A stretch of 64,000 nucleotides of DNA from a bacterium. GTDB taxonomy: Bacteria > UBA8248. Each line of letters opens with the position of its first letter. Position 1 is the first letter of the stretch. The stretch covers positions 128,001 to 192,000 of the forward strand of contig CBDBBI010000010.1 in NCBI GenBank assembly GCA_965202625.1, in the 5' to 3' direction. The position numbers were made by a program, and so were the translations under genes. The notes under the pieces were generated by a model that was not told the DNA's origin, did no database searches, and worked only from the letters and a program-made list of their open reading frames with translations. This document shows positions 11,045-20,810 of the stretch, one piece after another.

Positions 11045-11514
11045 ATGGTCGCCTTCGATGAGAGAGGTATTTTGAGGATTTCAGGGTGGGCGAGAGGTTT
11101 CAGATGGAAGCGAAAACCTTGTCCACCGAAGAGATCGTCGCATTCGCCGAGTTATACGACCCGCAGCCTTTCCACGTCGATGAGAGGGCGGCGGCAGCAT
11201 CTCCCTATGGCGGACTTATTGCTAGCGGATTTCATACAGTGGCGATCTCGTTCCGTCTGTTCATTGATACGGGCGTCATTAAAACCACAGGGATGGGTTC
11301 GCCTGGAATGGACTCCATACGCTGGATGAAGCCCGTTCGCCCTGGAGACGCCTTGAGGGTAGAGGCGGAAGTGATGGAGGCGCGCGCTTCCCGTTCGCAG
11401 CCTGGGCGTGGAATCGTCCCCATGGAGTTCAGTACCTTCAACCAGAAAAACGAATTGGTGCTCACGATGCGCGCCGTGCACTTGGTGCGCAAAAAAGAGG
11501 TTGTCAGTGCGTAG
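11045..11514 (+). CDS. MaoC family dehydratase (apparent 2-nt frameshift near the start)
   Basis: FAELYDPQPFHVD, GLIASGFHT, PVRPGD.L; the conserved RYFEDF.VG N-terminus is out of frame with the ATG at 11045. Confidence 0.8.
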
Positions 11515-11525
11515 GCGGCGGAGTT

Positions 11526-12422
11526 TCACACGTTGGTGATGACGGCGAGCGTGCCGAAGAGGATGGCGGTTGCCCCCGCCACGACGCGCCAGTTCAGCCT
11601 CTCTTCAGAGCGGAGAAAAATCCACGATATCGCAATGGTGAACAAGGGCCTTGATTGGGAGATGGGGAAAGCGTAGACGACGGGCGCGTTCGACAGGGCG
11701 AGGTAGAGGAACGTGACCCCGAGGCTTGCGGACAGACCGGCTAGAACGAGAAACCCCCAGTGACCGAAGGTCCAAGTTTTGATTTCGCTTATCTTCCCTT
11801 TGCGAGAGAAGAAGGGCAAAAAGGGCAGGACGGCGAGAAGGTTGGAATAGAAGTTCGCCTCGTTGGCGGAGGTGAAATATCCTACCGCCGGACGCGCCAG
11901 CACCGCCGCCGCTCCGAGTGCCGCCGCGCAGCCGAGCGCCAACCCCATACCGATGAAGCGACCGCTTTGTCCCTTTTCACCCTGGTGGTTACAGTGGCTC
12001 CGGGAAATGAAAACGTACCCGCCAAACACCAGGGTGGTTCCCAGACCGATCGAGAACGTGAGTTTTTCTCCGAGCAGAGCAACGCCGAATAGGACGGCGA
12101 ATATTAAATTTGTCGCAACGGCGACGCTCGTGCGCGCGGCGCCGATGTGTTGGGTGGCGGCGAAGAGCATCGTGCGCGCGATCGTGACCCTGAAAATCCC
12201 CGAAACGGCGATAAATAGAAGGGGCCAGCCCAGTCCGGGCCAGGGATCTGCAAAATCTCCGCCCAGAAAGGAGACGGTACCGAGAATGGGGAGGCCAATG
12301 ATGGCAGTGAAGGCCGCGCCCATGATGGGGTCTATGCCCCGAACGGCGAGGCGTCCGAATATATCTCGTAGCGCGAGTAAAATGGCGGAGACAAGGGCGT
12401 ATATGGCGGCCGGATCAAACAC
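11526..12422 (-). CDS. DMT/EamA family transporter
   Basis: About 10 hydrophobic helices in two EamA-like halves (LLGEK, FLRSEE). Confidence 0.85.
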   Translation of the reverse strand: MFDPAAIYALVSAILLALRDIFGRLAVRGIDPIMGAAFTAIIGLPILGTVSFLGGDFADPWPGLGWPLLFIAVSGIFRVTIARTMLFAATQHIGAARTSVAVATNLIFAVLFGVALLGEKLTFSIGLGTTLVFGGYVFISRSHCNHQGEKGQSGRFIGMGLALGCAAALGAAAVLARPAVGYFTSANEANFYSNLLAVLPFLPFFSRKGKISEIKTWTFGHWGFLVLAGLSASLGVTFLYLALSNAPVVYAFPISQSRPLFTIAISWIFLRSEERLNWRVVAGATAILFGTLAVITNV

Positions 12423-12858
12423 CCCTAAATTTCAGCGTCTCGATCACTTGCTGGACGCGTTCCTCAACAATCTCGATCATTTTCGGATGAAAGCCGAGAT
12501 GGGGGCCGAGAATGACGTCGATATCCGGGTATCTGCTCCGGCCTCGCTTGATGAATACGGGTAAATCCGCTTTTACGTGGTTGCCTTTGAACAGAAAATA
12601 AGGGATGACAATGATTCTCTCGGCTCCTTTTTCCACGCAAAGGTCGATGCCCTCGGGAATGGAGGGGTGGCTGATCTCCAAAAACGCTGCCTCTAGAATG
12701 CGATGCGGCCAGGCTTTTTGGAAATGCTCCACGACGAGGAGAAGCGCGTCGTTAGCGTTTTTCGCGCGACTGCCGTGACCAACGAGCAATACCGCCGTTT
12801 TCACCTTGTCCCGTGGCGTCGCGTCTAAAAATTCGAGTTGCCTTTCTAGGCTAGGCAT
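12415..12858 (-). CDS. sirohydrochlorin chelatase (CbiX/SirB family)
   Basis: LLVGHGSR, AFLE...P, PYFLF.GNHV..DLP, HLGFHP. Confidence 0.9.
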   Translation of the reverse strand: MPSLERQLEFLDATPRDKVKTAVLLVGHGSRAKNANDALLLVVEHFQKAWPHRILEAAFLEISHPSIPEGIDLCVEKGAERIIVIPYFLFKGNHVKADLPVFIKRGRSRYPDIDVILGPHLGFHPKMIEIVEERVQQVIETLKFRGV

Positions 12859-14651
12859 TCGCCTTCTCCTCTCTCCAACACGTATTGTTTGTCCTGACTC
12901 CAGTCGATGAACAAATCAGAATCAGGGGTGTCGTTGAATTGCCCGGCAAGGTGGAACTCTCGCAATAGTTTCTCAAAGGAAGCGACACCCACGCGATCCA
13001 GAAAATCGTTGAAGCGCTCCCCCTCGCGCCTGTTTTCCTGGTAGTGAGACAACATTTTTTTGAGCGCGTCGGGAACGCGCTTTGCAGGAATGCGAACCTG
13101 AATGCGTTCGCCGATGCGGATTTCCCCATCGGTTCGTTCGTATTCGCCTCCCAGAAAAATTTCGTAGGCGGGGAGCATCATGCCGTTCGCCCTGAGCGTT
13201 CCGCCATGAAAACCGATATTGGCGATGTGATGCTGGCCGCAGGAATTCGGACAGCCGCTCATCTTGATGTGTATCTCCCGTGTGAGCGGGTCATGCTCGA
13301 TTTCGCGGAGCGTTTCTCGTATAGCACCCGCCAGACCCATGGAGGAGGTGATGCCAAGTTTGCAAGAATCCGTTCCTGGACAAGAAACCACGTCGGATAT
13401 CTCGCGGGCGCCTTCCTCACTCAGCCCAATGTGCTGGAGCTCTTTCCATAAGGAATAGAGCGCGCATTCGGGCACCCACCTGAGGACGAGGTTTTGCTCA
13501 AAACTCGCTCTTGCGCGTCCTCTTGCGAAACGTCGAGTGATATCCGCCAAGGCGAAAAATTGCTCCGTCAGAACGTTCCCTAGGGGCAGTTTGATTTCGA
13601 CGGCGAAGTAGCCTTCCTGCCTTTGGGCGGAGACGTTCGCGCTTCGCCAGGCGTCATAATCCGCTGCATCGCCGTTTGGGTTCGACTCTGCCCCATGAAG
13701 GGTTTTCAGGACGGACGGGGCGTCGGTGCTCTCGTCATCTTGCCAAAGATAGGGTTCGGGGTTGCAGGGTTCTTTCGCCCAGTCTTTCTCCAGCTCTTCC
13801 TCCACGCGCGCGCGCAGTCCGTCTATCCCGATCCAGTGCACCAAGAATTTGATGCGCGCCTTGAATCGGGATTTCCGCAGTTCGACGGCCTGGTCGAAAA
13901 CGCGGATGAGGGCCTCGCTCACCCTCAGGAAGTCAGAGACTGGAACGAACTCGTAAAGAGCCTCGGCGGTGCGCGCGAAAGTGGCGAGTCCACCGCCGAC
14001 GAGCATCTTGAATCCACGAACGGACGCTCCTTCCGCCTCCTTGATGACGGGGATGAAGCCGATATCGTGAATTCCACCCACCACGCAGTCCGAAGCGCAG
14101 CTGGAGAAAGCCACCTTGAATTTGCGCGGGAGGTCCTGTGTGAAATCTTTGCGCACGAAATAACGGGCGAATGCGCCCGCGTAAGGTGTGGCGTCGAAAG
14201 CCTGATCCTTGCAGACGCCAGCGTAGGGGCAGCCGGTGACGTTTCTCACGCAGTTGCCGCATGCTTCCCGCGTAGTGAGCCCCACTTCGCCGAGAAGCCG
14301 CAAGACGTCGGCGGCCTTGTCGAGTGGAACGAAGTGGAACTGTACGTTTTCCCGCGTCGTCACGTGGCCTTTTCCCAATGGCGCGTAATGGCGGGATACG
14401 CGCCCCAGGGCTTCGAGTTGAGAGGCACTTAGGCCGCCAAAGGGGATTTTTACGCGCACCATCTGCGCATCCGCTTGGCGCTGACCGTATACACCGCGCC
14501 TGAGCCGATAAGGGAGAAACGCACCGCCATCACGTTCGCCGTTTTGAAATTTGGCGACCTCGGTTTCAAAATCATCGAATTCTTCGGGAATCACCGGAAT
14601 GACGCCGACCTCTTGTTGAGATGCCAATTTTTTTGATCCATGGCGCATCAT
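12846..14651 (-). CDS. siroheme-[4Fe-4S] nitrite/sulfite reductase
   Basis: GVYGQRQ, TTRENVQ, LPRKFK, CPG..SC..G, SGCPNSCGQH. Confidence 0.92.
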   Translation of the reverse strand: MMRHGSKKLASQQEVGVIPVIPEEFDDFETEVAKFQNGERDGGAFLPYRLRRGVYGQRQADAQMVRVKIPFGGLSASQLEALGRVSRHYAPLGKGHVTTRENVQFHFVPLDKAADVLRLLGEVGLTTREACGNCVRNVTGCPYAGVCKDQAFDATPYAGAFARYFVRKDFTQDLPRKFKVAFSSCASDCVVGGIHDIGFIPVIKEAEGASVRGFKMLVGGGLATFARTAEALYEFVPVSDFLRVSEALIRVFDQAVELRKSRFKARIKFLVHWIGIDGLRARVEEELEKDWAKEPCNPEPYLWQDDESTDAPSVLKTLHGAESNPNGDAADYDAWRSANVSAQRQEGYFAVEIKLPLGNVLTEQFFALADITRRFARGRARASFEQNLVLRWVPECALYSLWKELQHIGLSEEGAREISDVVSCPGTDSCKLGITSSMGLAGAIRETLREIEHDPLTREIHIKMSGCPNSCGQHHIANIGFHGGTLRANGMMLPAYEIFLGGEYERTDGEIRIGERIQVRIPAKRVPDALKKMLSHYQENRREGERFNDFLDRVGVASFEKLLREFHLAGQFNDTPDSDLFIDWSQDKQYVLERGEGECLA

Positions 14652-14719
14652 ATGCTCCTTACGTGAACGTCTATTGATTTGTCAGATGATGAATCTGGAA
14701 CCGGGGCGAGGCCCGGAGT

Positions 14720-15529
14720 TTATGAAACGGCTTTGCTCAGGGGTTCTTGCGTCGAACAGCGCCAAGAGATTTCCTGGCTTTCATCGGCCTCGAACCAGAT
14801 GAGGTCTTCAATTCCGGCGACCGGACCCACGAGGAAGACGGCGGGCGAAGATACCTCTTCTCGTTGCGCGAGACTCCCTGCTTCTCCCAGTGTCGCGCGA
14901 TGGGTTGATTGTCCTCGCATGGTGCCATTTTCTATGATCGCAGTGGGCGTGTCCTTCGACATACCGTTTTCCATCAGAGCGGCTGATATGCGCCCGATGG
15001 CGCGCGCACCCATCAGAAAAACGAGTGTTCCGTTGCTCTTCGCAAGGTGCGCGTAATCTACCCGCGTTTCTGGCTTTCTCGGGTCTTCATGGGCGGTTAC
15101 GACGGTGAACGATGAGGCGAGGTCTCGGTGCGTTACGGGAATGCCAGCGTAGGCGGGAGCGGCTACGGCGGAACTGACGCCCGGTACGATTTCATAGCGA
15201 ACGCCGGCCCTGGCCAGGGTTTGTGCCTCCTCGCCCCCGCGGCCGAAAACGAAAGGGTCGCCGCCTTTCAGTCGCACCACCCGAAAGCCGCTTCGAGCGA
15301 AATGAAGGAGAGATTCGTTGATGGCGTCCTGGGTCATGGTATGGCGGCCAGCGGATTTTCCAGCGTCAATCAGCCGGCAACCTTCCGGACAAAGCCGAAG
15401 AATCTCAGTTTTTACGAGGCGGTCATGAATCACCACATCCGCGTTTGAAAGAGCCTTAGCCGCTTTGAGTGTGAGCAGGTCCGGGTCTCCGGGGCCTGCG
15501 CCTACGATCTGCACTGTTCCGTGGCACAT
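14720..15529 (-). CDS. cobA: uroporphyrinogen-III C-methyltransferase
   Basis: VGAGPGDPDLLTLKA, RLKGGDPFVFGRGGEE, PGVSS, AGIPVTHR. Confidence 0.95.
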   Translation of the reverse strand: MCHGTVQIVGAGPGDPDLLTLKAAKALSNADVVIHDRLVKTEILRLCPEGCRLIDAGKSAGRHTMTQDAINESLLHFARSGFRVVRLKGGDPFVFGRGGEEAQTLARAGVRYEIVPGVSSAVAAPAYAGIPVTHRDLASSFTVVTAHEDPRKPETRVDYAHLAKSNGTLVFLMGARAIGRISAALMENGMSKDTPTAIIENGTMRGQSTHRATLGEAGSLAQREEVSSPAVFLVGPVAGIEDLIWFEADESQEISWRCSTQEPLSKAVS

Positions 15530-15560
15530 GTTGAATTCCTGTGTAAAATTTATTTTTATT

Positions 15561-15579
15561 GTTAAGTATATTACTTAAC
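15561..15579. promoter_or_regulatory. perfect 8-3-8 inverted repeat (putative operator) in AT-rich divergent promoter
   Basis: GTTAAGTA-TAT-TACTTAAC about 30 bp upstream of the cobA start. Confidence 0.55.
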
Positions 15580-15693
15580 TTTTTGTGAAAATATGTTAAT
15601 TTTCTTCTTTTGTCAACGAGCGCGCGCGTTTATTTTCAAAAGGGCTTTGTTGAGGGTGCCGTTGTTCGTATCACTTTTTGCGGAGGGGCGTAG

Positions 15694-16296
15694 GTGATGG
15701 AAGAGAGGTCTATGCGGCTTGAAAATGCTTTGCGTCTCATTGATGAGGCGAATGCGAAGGATCCGAACGCCGAGCGTTTCGAGGGCACATATTATCCTCA
15801 GGCGCTTCTGTATGCAATGCGAATGACAAAATGGCTTGAAGCACTGGAGCCTCAAGCCTCTGAGGTTTTGCGTTTGGCGGCGCGCAGCCAGCATATACGC
15901 AGGTGGGAAATTCCGCGTTCAGATTATCCGCTTGATCGCAGGGGGTATCATCAATGGCGAACCCACCTTTACGTCTATCATGGCGAGAAGGCGGCTGAAA
16001 TTCTAAAAGAAGTGGGTTATGGTGAAGAAACGATAGCCCGGGTGAGAATGTTGTTGAAAAAGCAAGGTCTGAAATCCGACACGGAGACCCAAATGCTTGA
16101 GGACGTCGCCTGCCTGGTGTTTTTGGAGAGCTATTTTTGGGATTTCTCCCGGCAGCACGATGAAGAGAAAATTATTGGAATTTTGCGTAAAACGTGGCGA
16201 AAAATGTCCGCGCGCGGGCGAGAGTTCGCCAGGGAGATTCCGTTGAGTGCCGGGGCGGAAGTGTTGCTGAGGAGAGCACTCACGCCTCCAACGTAG
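15694..16296 (+). CDS. DUF4202 family protein
   Basis: ID.AN..DPN, Y..RM..WL, LAAR.QH..RWEIPR.DYP..R.GY.QWR, LEDVACLVFL, KTW.KMS. Confidence 0.85.
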   Translation: MMEERSMRLENALRLIDEANAKDPNAERFEGTYYPQALLYAMRMTKWLEALEPQASEVLRLAARSQHIRRWEIPRSDYPLDRRGYHQWRTHLYVYHGEKAAEILKEVGYGEETIARVRMLLKKQGLKSDTETQMLEDVACLVFLESYFWDFSRQHDEEKIIGILRKTWRKMSARGREFAREIPLSAGAEVLLRRALTPPT

Positions 16297-16417
16297 CGAA
16301 AGGCAACGATTCCTAACGGTTCCGGAAAAGATTTTGTCCCGCTTTCTCGTCCCTGTTTTTGTGGTGTATGATGATGACATTCTGTTTTTTTGACGGCTCA
16401 TTCTTAAGGAGATGATA

Positions 16418-17077
16418 ATGAACCTCACCATGTGGAACTGCTACGTTTGACCCTACGCCTACAGGGCCATGGAATGGCTCGTTCGCCTTCAGGAGAGAAG
16501 AAGCAATCTCAAGGTCGATTACAAGGCCTTCGTTCTTGAGCAGGCGAATTTTGCCCCCTCGCGGGGCGAGGATTGGAAGGCTTGGGAGGATCGCACCTTT
16601 CCGAGCAGGGATTTGCCCCCCCATGAGGCGGCCAAGTGCGCGGCCTTGCAGGGCGAGACGCAGTTTGACAAATACCACGTGGTGCTTCACAGGGCGAAGC
16701 ACCGGTATGGCAAGGACATCACGAGCGAGCTGGTTTTGCGCGACATCGCCTTGGAGGTAGGGCTTGACGTCGGTCGCTGGGAGGAGGACATGAAGAACGG
16801 TGCCACCATTCCCCTCATCGCGCAAGAGCACGAAGAGGCCGAGGAGCAGGGCGTCTTTGGCGTGCCTACGCTGGACTTCGGCGAGGGCAAGCCCGTCTTC
16901 GTGAAACTTGAGGAGGGAGATTGGGAAAAGGACGGCGACGAGGCTGGTCTGTTCGACGCCGTGAGAGCCACGTCGGCCCAGCGGCCCTATCTGCTTGAGC
17001 TGAAAACGCCCGAATCCGCCAAGCGCACCTCCGCCTCGGCGAAGAAGTATGAGAAATATGGCGTCAAGGCGAGATAG
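16418..17077 (+). CDS. DsbA/thioredoxin-fold protein, probable selenoprotein (UGA at 16448-16450)
   Basis: AAGGAG RBS, then MNLTMWNCYV(TGA)PYAYRAMEW in frame with ORF 16469-17077; GVFGVPT cis-Pro motif; hairpin 13 nt after the UGA. Confidence 0.8.
16464..16480 (+). promoter_or_regulatory. putative bacterial SECIS hairpin
   Basis: GGGCCAT-GGA-ATGGCTC, a 7-bp stem (one G-U) with a G-starting loop just downstream of an in-frame UGA. Confidence 0.55.
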
Positions 17078-17094
17078 GGGGTCCTCCCCACCCG

Positions 17095-17490
17095 ATGAGC
17101 GAGAGGAGCGGTGTGAACAAGCCCGTTGATCTTACGGTAGACAAGCGCGCCCGGGAATTTCGCGTGGAGTGGGCGAGCGGAGAGAGAAGCGTTTTCGGGT
17201 TTGATTACCTCTCCGCCCATTGTCCTTGCGCGAATTGCAAGGAGAGGCGTAAAGAGATAGAGAAAAATCCACTCCATGTCCTCTCTGGACCAACCGGATC
17301 CTCCGAGTTGGAGAACGCTGAGATGGTGGGACGATACGCCATCAACTTCATCTGGAAGGGCGGATGCGGGGCCGGCATCTATTCGTTCGATTACCTCTAC
17401 GACATCGATCCGGGGCGCGCCCAGAGCGCGTCCGAAGCGAAAGAGGAATTCCGCCATGCCGAAAGAGATGGAAGCGCAAGATCAAGATAA
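17095..17490 (+). CDS. DUF971 (GBBH-like N-terminal) family protein
   Basis: YL...CPCANC, VGRYAINF.W, GIYSFDYL. Confidence 0.85.
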   Translation: MSERSGVNKPVDLTVDKRAREFRVEWASGERSVFGFDYLSAHCPCANCKERRKEIEKNPLHVLSGPTGSSELENAEMVGRYAINFIWKGGCGAGIYSFDYLYDIDPGRAQSASEAKEEFRHAERDGSARSR

Positions 17491-18081
17491 AAGGCTAGTG
17501 AAATCAGGAGAAGCACAGGGGTTTTGGCCCACGTGAATCAGCAGTGTGCTCCTTCTTCGCGCGGTCGCGCGGGGGTTTGGCTGGATGAAGCGAAAAATCC
17601 TCCGAATGAACTGAAAATCTCCTAGGCGAGGATTCCTTCAACCTCTGCGCGGTTGGGGTTCACGACCAATCCGATGAGGTCGCGCGATGCAGGCGACGAG
17701 GAGTGCTCCATGCGCGCGTAACGTCGCGTTTCGCGTTAGATAGACGAGAATGCTCCTCCTTGTGATATCCTTTTCGTTCGTTTATTTCATCGGGTTTTTG
17801 CGTGTTTACAGGAGGATTTGCAGCTTTTTTTCATTCGACTGAGGAGAATGGGCAAATCGTGGAGGAGGAAATAAATCCATCGGGTTACTTTTTCTCAGAC
17901 GCCAACTGGATGCGGGGAGAGCGATGCGGGCTGCGCGGCGTGGAAGTTCTCAAGGGATTTTCTGGTTGTCTTTGAGCGATCGGGTGCGGAGGGGGGATGA
18001 CGTATCTTGTAAAAATCGCCCGGTGCGAAAGATTCCGCGCGCCTTGGTTTTGATGTATACAGGTGGCGTCGAGTTCTGTAG

Positions 18082-19353
18082 ATGGGGGAGGAAATTTTGG
18101 GTCAGACGATGGCGGAGAAAATTCTCTCATCGCGCTCTGGATCCTATGCCAGGGCGGGCGACTTGGTGGTGGCCGAACTCGATTACGTCATGGCGGGCGA
18201 CGCCAAGGGACCCAAGGCGATTGATATTTTTAGGGACGCGGGCTTCGCTTTCAAGTTAGATCCACGTAAAACAGATTTCATCATCGATCATTTCGTTCCC
18301 GCCCAGGACGTGCTTTGGGCGAACCATCACAAAAAATTGAGGCAATTCGGCACTGAATTTGGAGTTCAGGTCTTTGAGCCGGGGGCGGGCGTCTGCCACA
18401 CCGTCGTGACGGAGGAGGGCCGCGTCGGCCCGGGCGCGCTCGCCGTAGGGGGTGACAGCCATGTCTGCACCTACGGGGCGCTGGGCGCGATGGCCGTGGC
18501 CGTCGAGAGCGTCGAGATCGCCTCCGCCTACGCCACCGGAAAGCTCTGGTTCAAGACGCCCGAGAGCGTTCGCGTGGAGTTCGAGGGTGCGCTCTCCCAC
18601 GGAGTGTTCTCGAAGGACGTGGAGCTGGCCCTGGCGCGGGAGTTGGGCGAGAACGGGGCGAATTACATGGCGGTGGAATACGGAGGGGAGGCCCTAGCCG
18701 ACCTGTCGATGGACGCGCGCTTCACCATCGCGAACATGTCGGTGGACATGGGGGCGAAGACCGGCATCATGGAGGTAGACGAGAGAACCCTCGATTGGGC
18801 ACGGGCGCATGGCGCGCGGTGCGACGATGCGGTGCGCCCGGACGCCGCCGCCGTCTACGCGAGGACGATTCATCTCGACGTCTCCGCGGTCACGCCCGTC
18901 GTCGCGGCACCGCCCGCCACGGGAAACACGCATCCGATCGATGCGTACGCGGGATTGCCGATTCGGCAGGCGTTCGTGGGTACGTGCACGAACGGGCGAT
19001 TGGAGGACGTCGAAATTGCCGCGCGCGTCGTCCGGGGCCGGAAGATCGCACCGGGCGTGCGCTTTTACGTGGCACCCACGAGCAGGAGAGTCTATGAGGC
19101 CGCAGCCGAGAGCGGGGCGGTCGGGGATTTGGTCCGGGCAGGCGCCGCCGTACTCACTGCCGCCTGCGGCCCGTGCGCCTCAATGACGGGAAACGGCTGC
19201 CTCGCCGATGGGGAGCGCGCGATTTCCTCCGCGAACCGAAATTTTCCAGGGAGGCTGGGTAGCAAGGAGGCGGAGATATTCCTGGCTTCTCCGGCCACGG
19301 TGGCGGCGAGTGCGCTTACGGGCCGCATTACTGACCCCAGGGAATTTCTATAG
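18082..19353 (+). CDS. aconitase-family hydro-lyase large subunit (LeuC/HacA/DmdA-like)
   Basis: T.AEKIL, DHFVP, GVCH, DSH.CTYGA, GTCTNGR, CGPC, NRNF.GR.G, LASPA. Confidence 0.92.
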   Translation: MGEEILGQTMAEKILSSRSGSYARAGDLVVAELDYVMAGDAKGPKAIDIFRDAGFAFKLDPRKTDFIIDHFVPAQDVLWANHHKKLRQFGTEFGVQVFEPGAGVCHTVVTEEGRVGPGALAVGGDSHVCTYGALGAMAVAVESVEIASAYATGKLWFKTPESVRVEFEGALSHGVFSKDVELALARELGENGANYMAVEYGGEALADLSMDARFTIANMSVDMGAKTGIMEVDERTLDWARAHGARCDDAVRPDAAAVYARTIHLDVSAVTPVVAAPPATGNTHPIDAYAGLPIRQAFVGTCTNGRLEDVEIAARVVRGRKIAPGVRFYVAPTSRRVYEAAAESGAVGDLVRAGAAVLTAACGPCASMTGNGCLADGERAISSANRNFPGRLGSKEAEIFLASPATVAASALTGRITDPREFL

Positions 19354-19361
19354 GATCGTAG

Positions 19362-19874
19362 ATGGGAACTGCGGGGAGGGGGCGCGGCGTGAGGATGCGG
19401 GGGAAAGTCCATCGCTTCGGCGATGACGTCAGCACGGACGTGCATCTGTCGGTGAAATACCGCCCACCCGGCACTTCGATGGAAGAGCTCAAGCGTGATG
19501 CCTTCAAGGAGCTCGACCCGAATTTTTCAAAAAACGTGAAAGCGGGCGACATTGTGGTAGCGGGGGAGAATTTCGGCCTCATCAGCAGCCGGCAGGATTC
19601 CGCTCTCGTGCTCCGGGAGCTGGGCGTGAGTTGCGTCCTAGCTAAGAGCTTTGGCCACATGTTCTATCGAAACGCGATCAACTCGGGGCTTCCCGCCATT
19701 GTCTGCGATACCGATGGGATGCGGGCGGGTGATGAGGTCGAGGTGGACCCCGTGTCCGGAGAGGTCCGAGCAGGGGATGAGCGCATCGCCTGCGCGCCCT
19801 TTCCTGACGCGCTGTGGGTGATGATCGAAGCGGGCGGCCTCGTGCCGTATCTGCGGGAGAAGGGTGATTTTTAG
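19362..19874 (+). CDS. aconitase-family hydro-lyase small subunit (LeuD/HacB-like)
   Basis: FGDDVSTD, VVAGENFG..SSR, AKSF..MFYRNAIN.G, AGGL. Confidence 0.9.
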   Translation: MGTAGRGRGVRMRGKVHRFGDDVSTDVHLSVKYRPPGTSMEELKRDAFKELDPNFSKNVKAGDIVVAGENFGLISSRQDSALVLRELGVSCVLAKSFGHMFYRNAINSGLPAIVCDTDGMRAGDEVEVDPVSGEVRAGDERIACAPFPDALWVMIEAGGLVPYLREKGDF

Positions 19875-19972
19875 AGGTGATCGACGGGAATCATTGACGA
19901 TTTCAGAAATTCGTCGTCTCTAGGGGGCGATGTGTATCCCCTCAGATGAATTCAATCAGTGACATGAAGCTC

Positions 19973-20437
19973 TCACAGAGAGCTCTCCTCCAGAACGTCT
20001 TCAAGCACGGCCATCGGCAGCCCGAAATTCCGGTATCCTTCTCTCAGTGTTTCGACGTATTGCGCCGTTGGCCGCGCCGCTCTCAGGGGTCGTCGCATGA
20101 CGTAGATCATGGTCGTTCTGGGTCCATCGTCCGTCGCTACTTCGACCTCTTCTCTATTGTAGAGTGTCGGGTAGCCCTCGAACCGATCTAGGGCGGGCAG
20201 GTCGTCCGCGCGCAGGTGAAAAAGCGCACCCAGAACGCGCCCGCCCGTTTCTGGGGTCACGGTCGCCCAGCCCGGCGCGTCTGGTGACGCCGTCTCGGGC
20301 AGGGCGATGGTGAGGATGTGGTCCTCCAGGTGCGCAAAGCATAGGGGTGCGCTTCCGGGGCAGAGGGACTTCATGTGCGCTATGTTTAGGTTCGCCCCGT
20401 AGGCGAAATAATACGGCTCAGGCGTAGCCGACGTCAT
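19973..20437 (-). CDS. gamma-glutamylcyclotransferase family protein
   Basis: YYFAYGANL, V.G.LF, LDRFEGYP..Y.R. Confidence 0.88.
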   Translation of the reverse strand: MTSATPEPYYFAYGANLNIAHMKSLCPGSAPLCFAHLEDHILTIALPETASPDAPGWATVTPETGGRVLGALFHLRADDLPALDRFEGYPTLYNREEVEVATDDGPRTTMIYVMRRPLRAARPTAQYVETLREGYRNFGLPMAVLEDVLEESSL

Positions 20438-20810
20438 CCTCATCCTCGCCTTCCCAGTCGAGGTCGATGACCGGCGGGTCGTCCCAGTCGTTCGGAAAGG
20501 CGAGCAGGAGCCTGGTCTTCTCGTCTCCCACTTGGGCCGCGCTGTGAATCGCCTCCTTTCGGATGGTGATGACTTCACCCCTCCGCACCAGGACGAGCTC
20601 CTCCTCCACGTTGAACTGCATCTGTCCCTCGACGACGACTACGGCTTCCTCCTTGCGGTGCGCATGATACGGTACGAAGGCGCCGGCGGGCTGCTCGACC
20701 TCGAATATGCGGTAGTCCCGCTCGGCCAGGGCGGAGATGATCTCCTCATGTTCTGGCTCACATTCATACGCCGTGGCGACATCTTCTAAGCGATAGGCCG
20801 GTTCCCTCAT
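20418..20810 (-). CDS. cupin domain protein
   Basis: VPYHAH..EE...V.EG...GEVITI....IHSA; GAGGGAGG RBS. Confidence 0.8.
   Translation of the reverse strand: MREPAYRLEDVATAYECEPEHEEIISALAERDYRIFEVEQPAGAFVPYHAHRKEEAVVVVEGQMQFNVEEELVLVRRGEVITIRKEAIHSAAQVGDEKTRLLLAFPNDWDDPPVIDLDWEGEDEDDVGYA

Noticed and set aside
17490-17712. Minus-strand fragment DLIGLVVNPNRAEVEGILA* resembling an NAD kinase N-terminus
   Set aside because: Too short, with no further motifs (GGDG, NE); could be chance.
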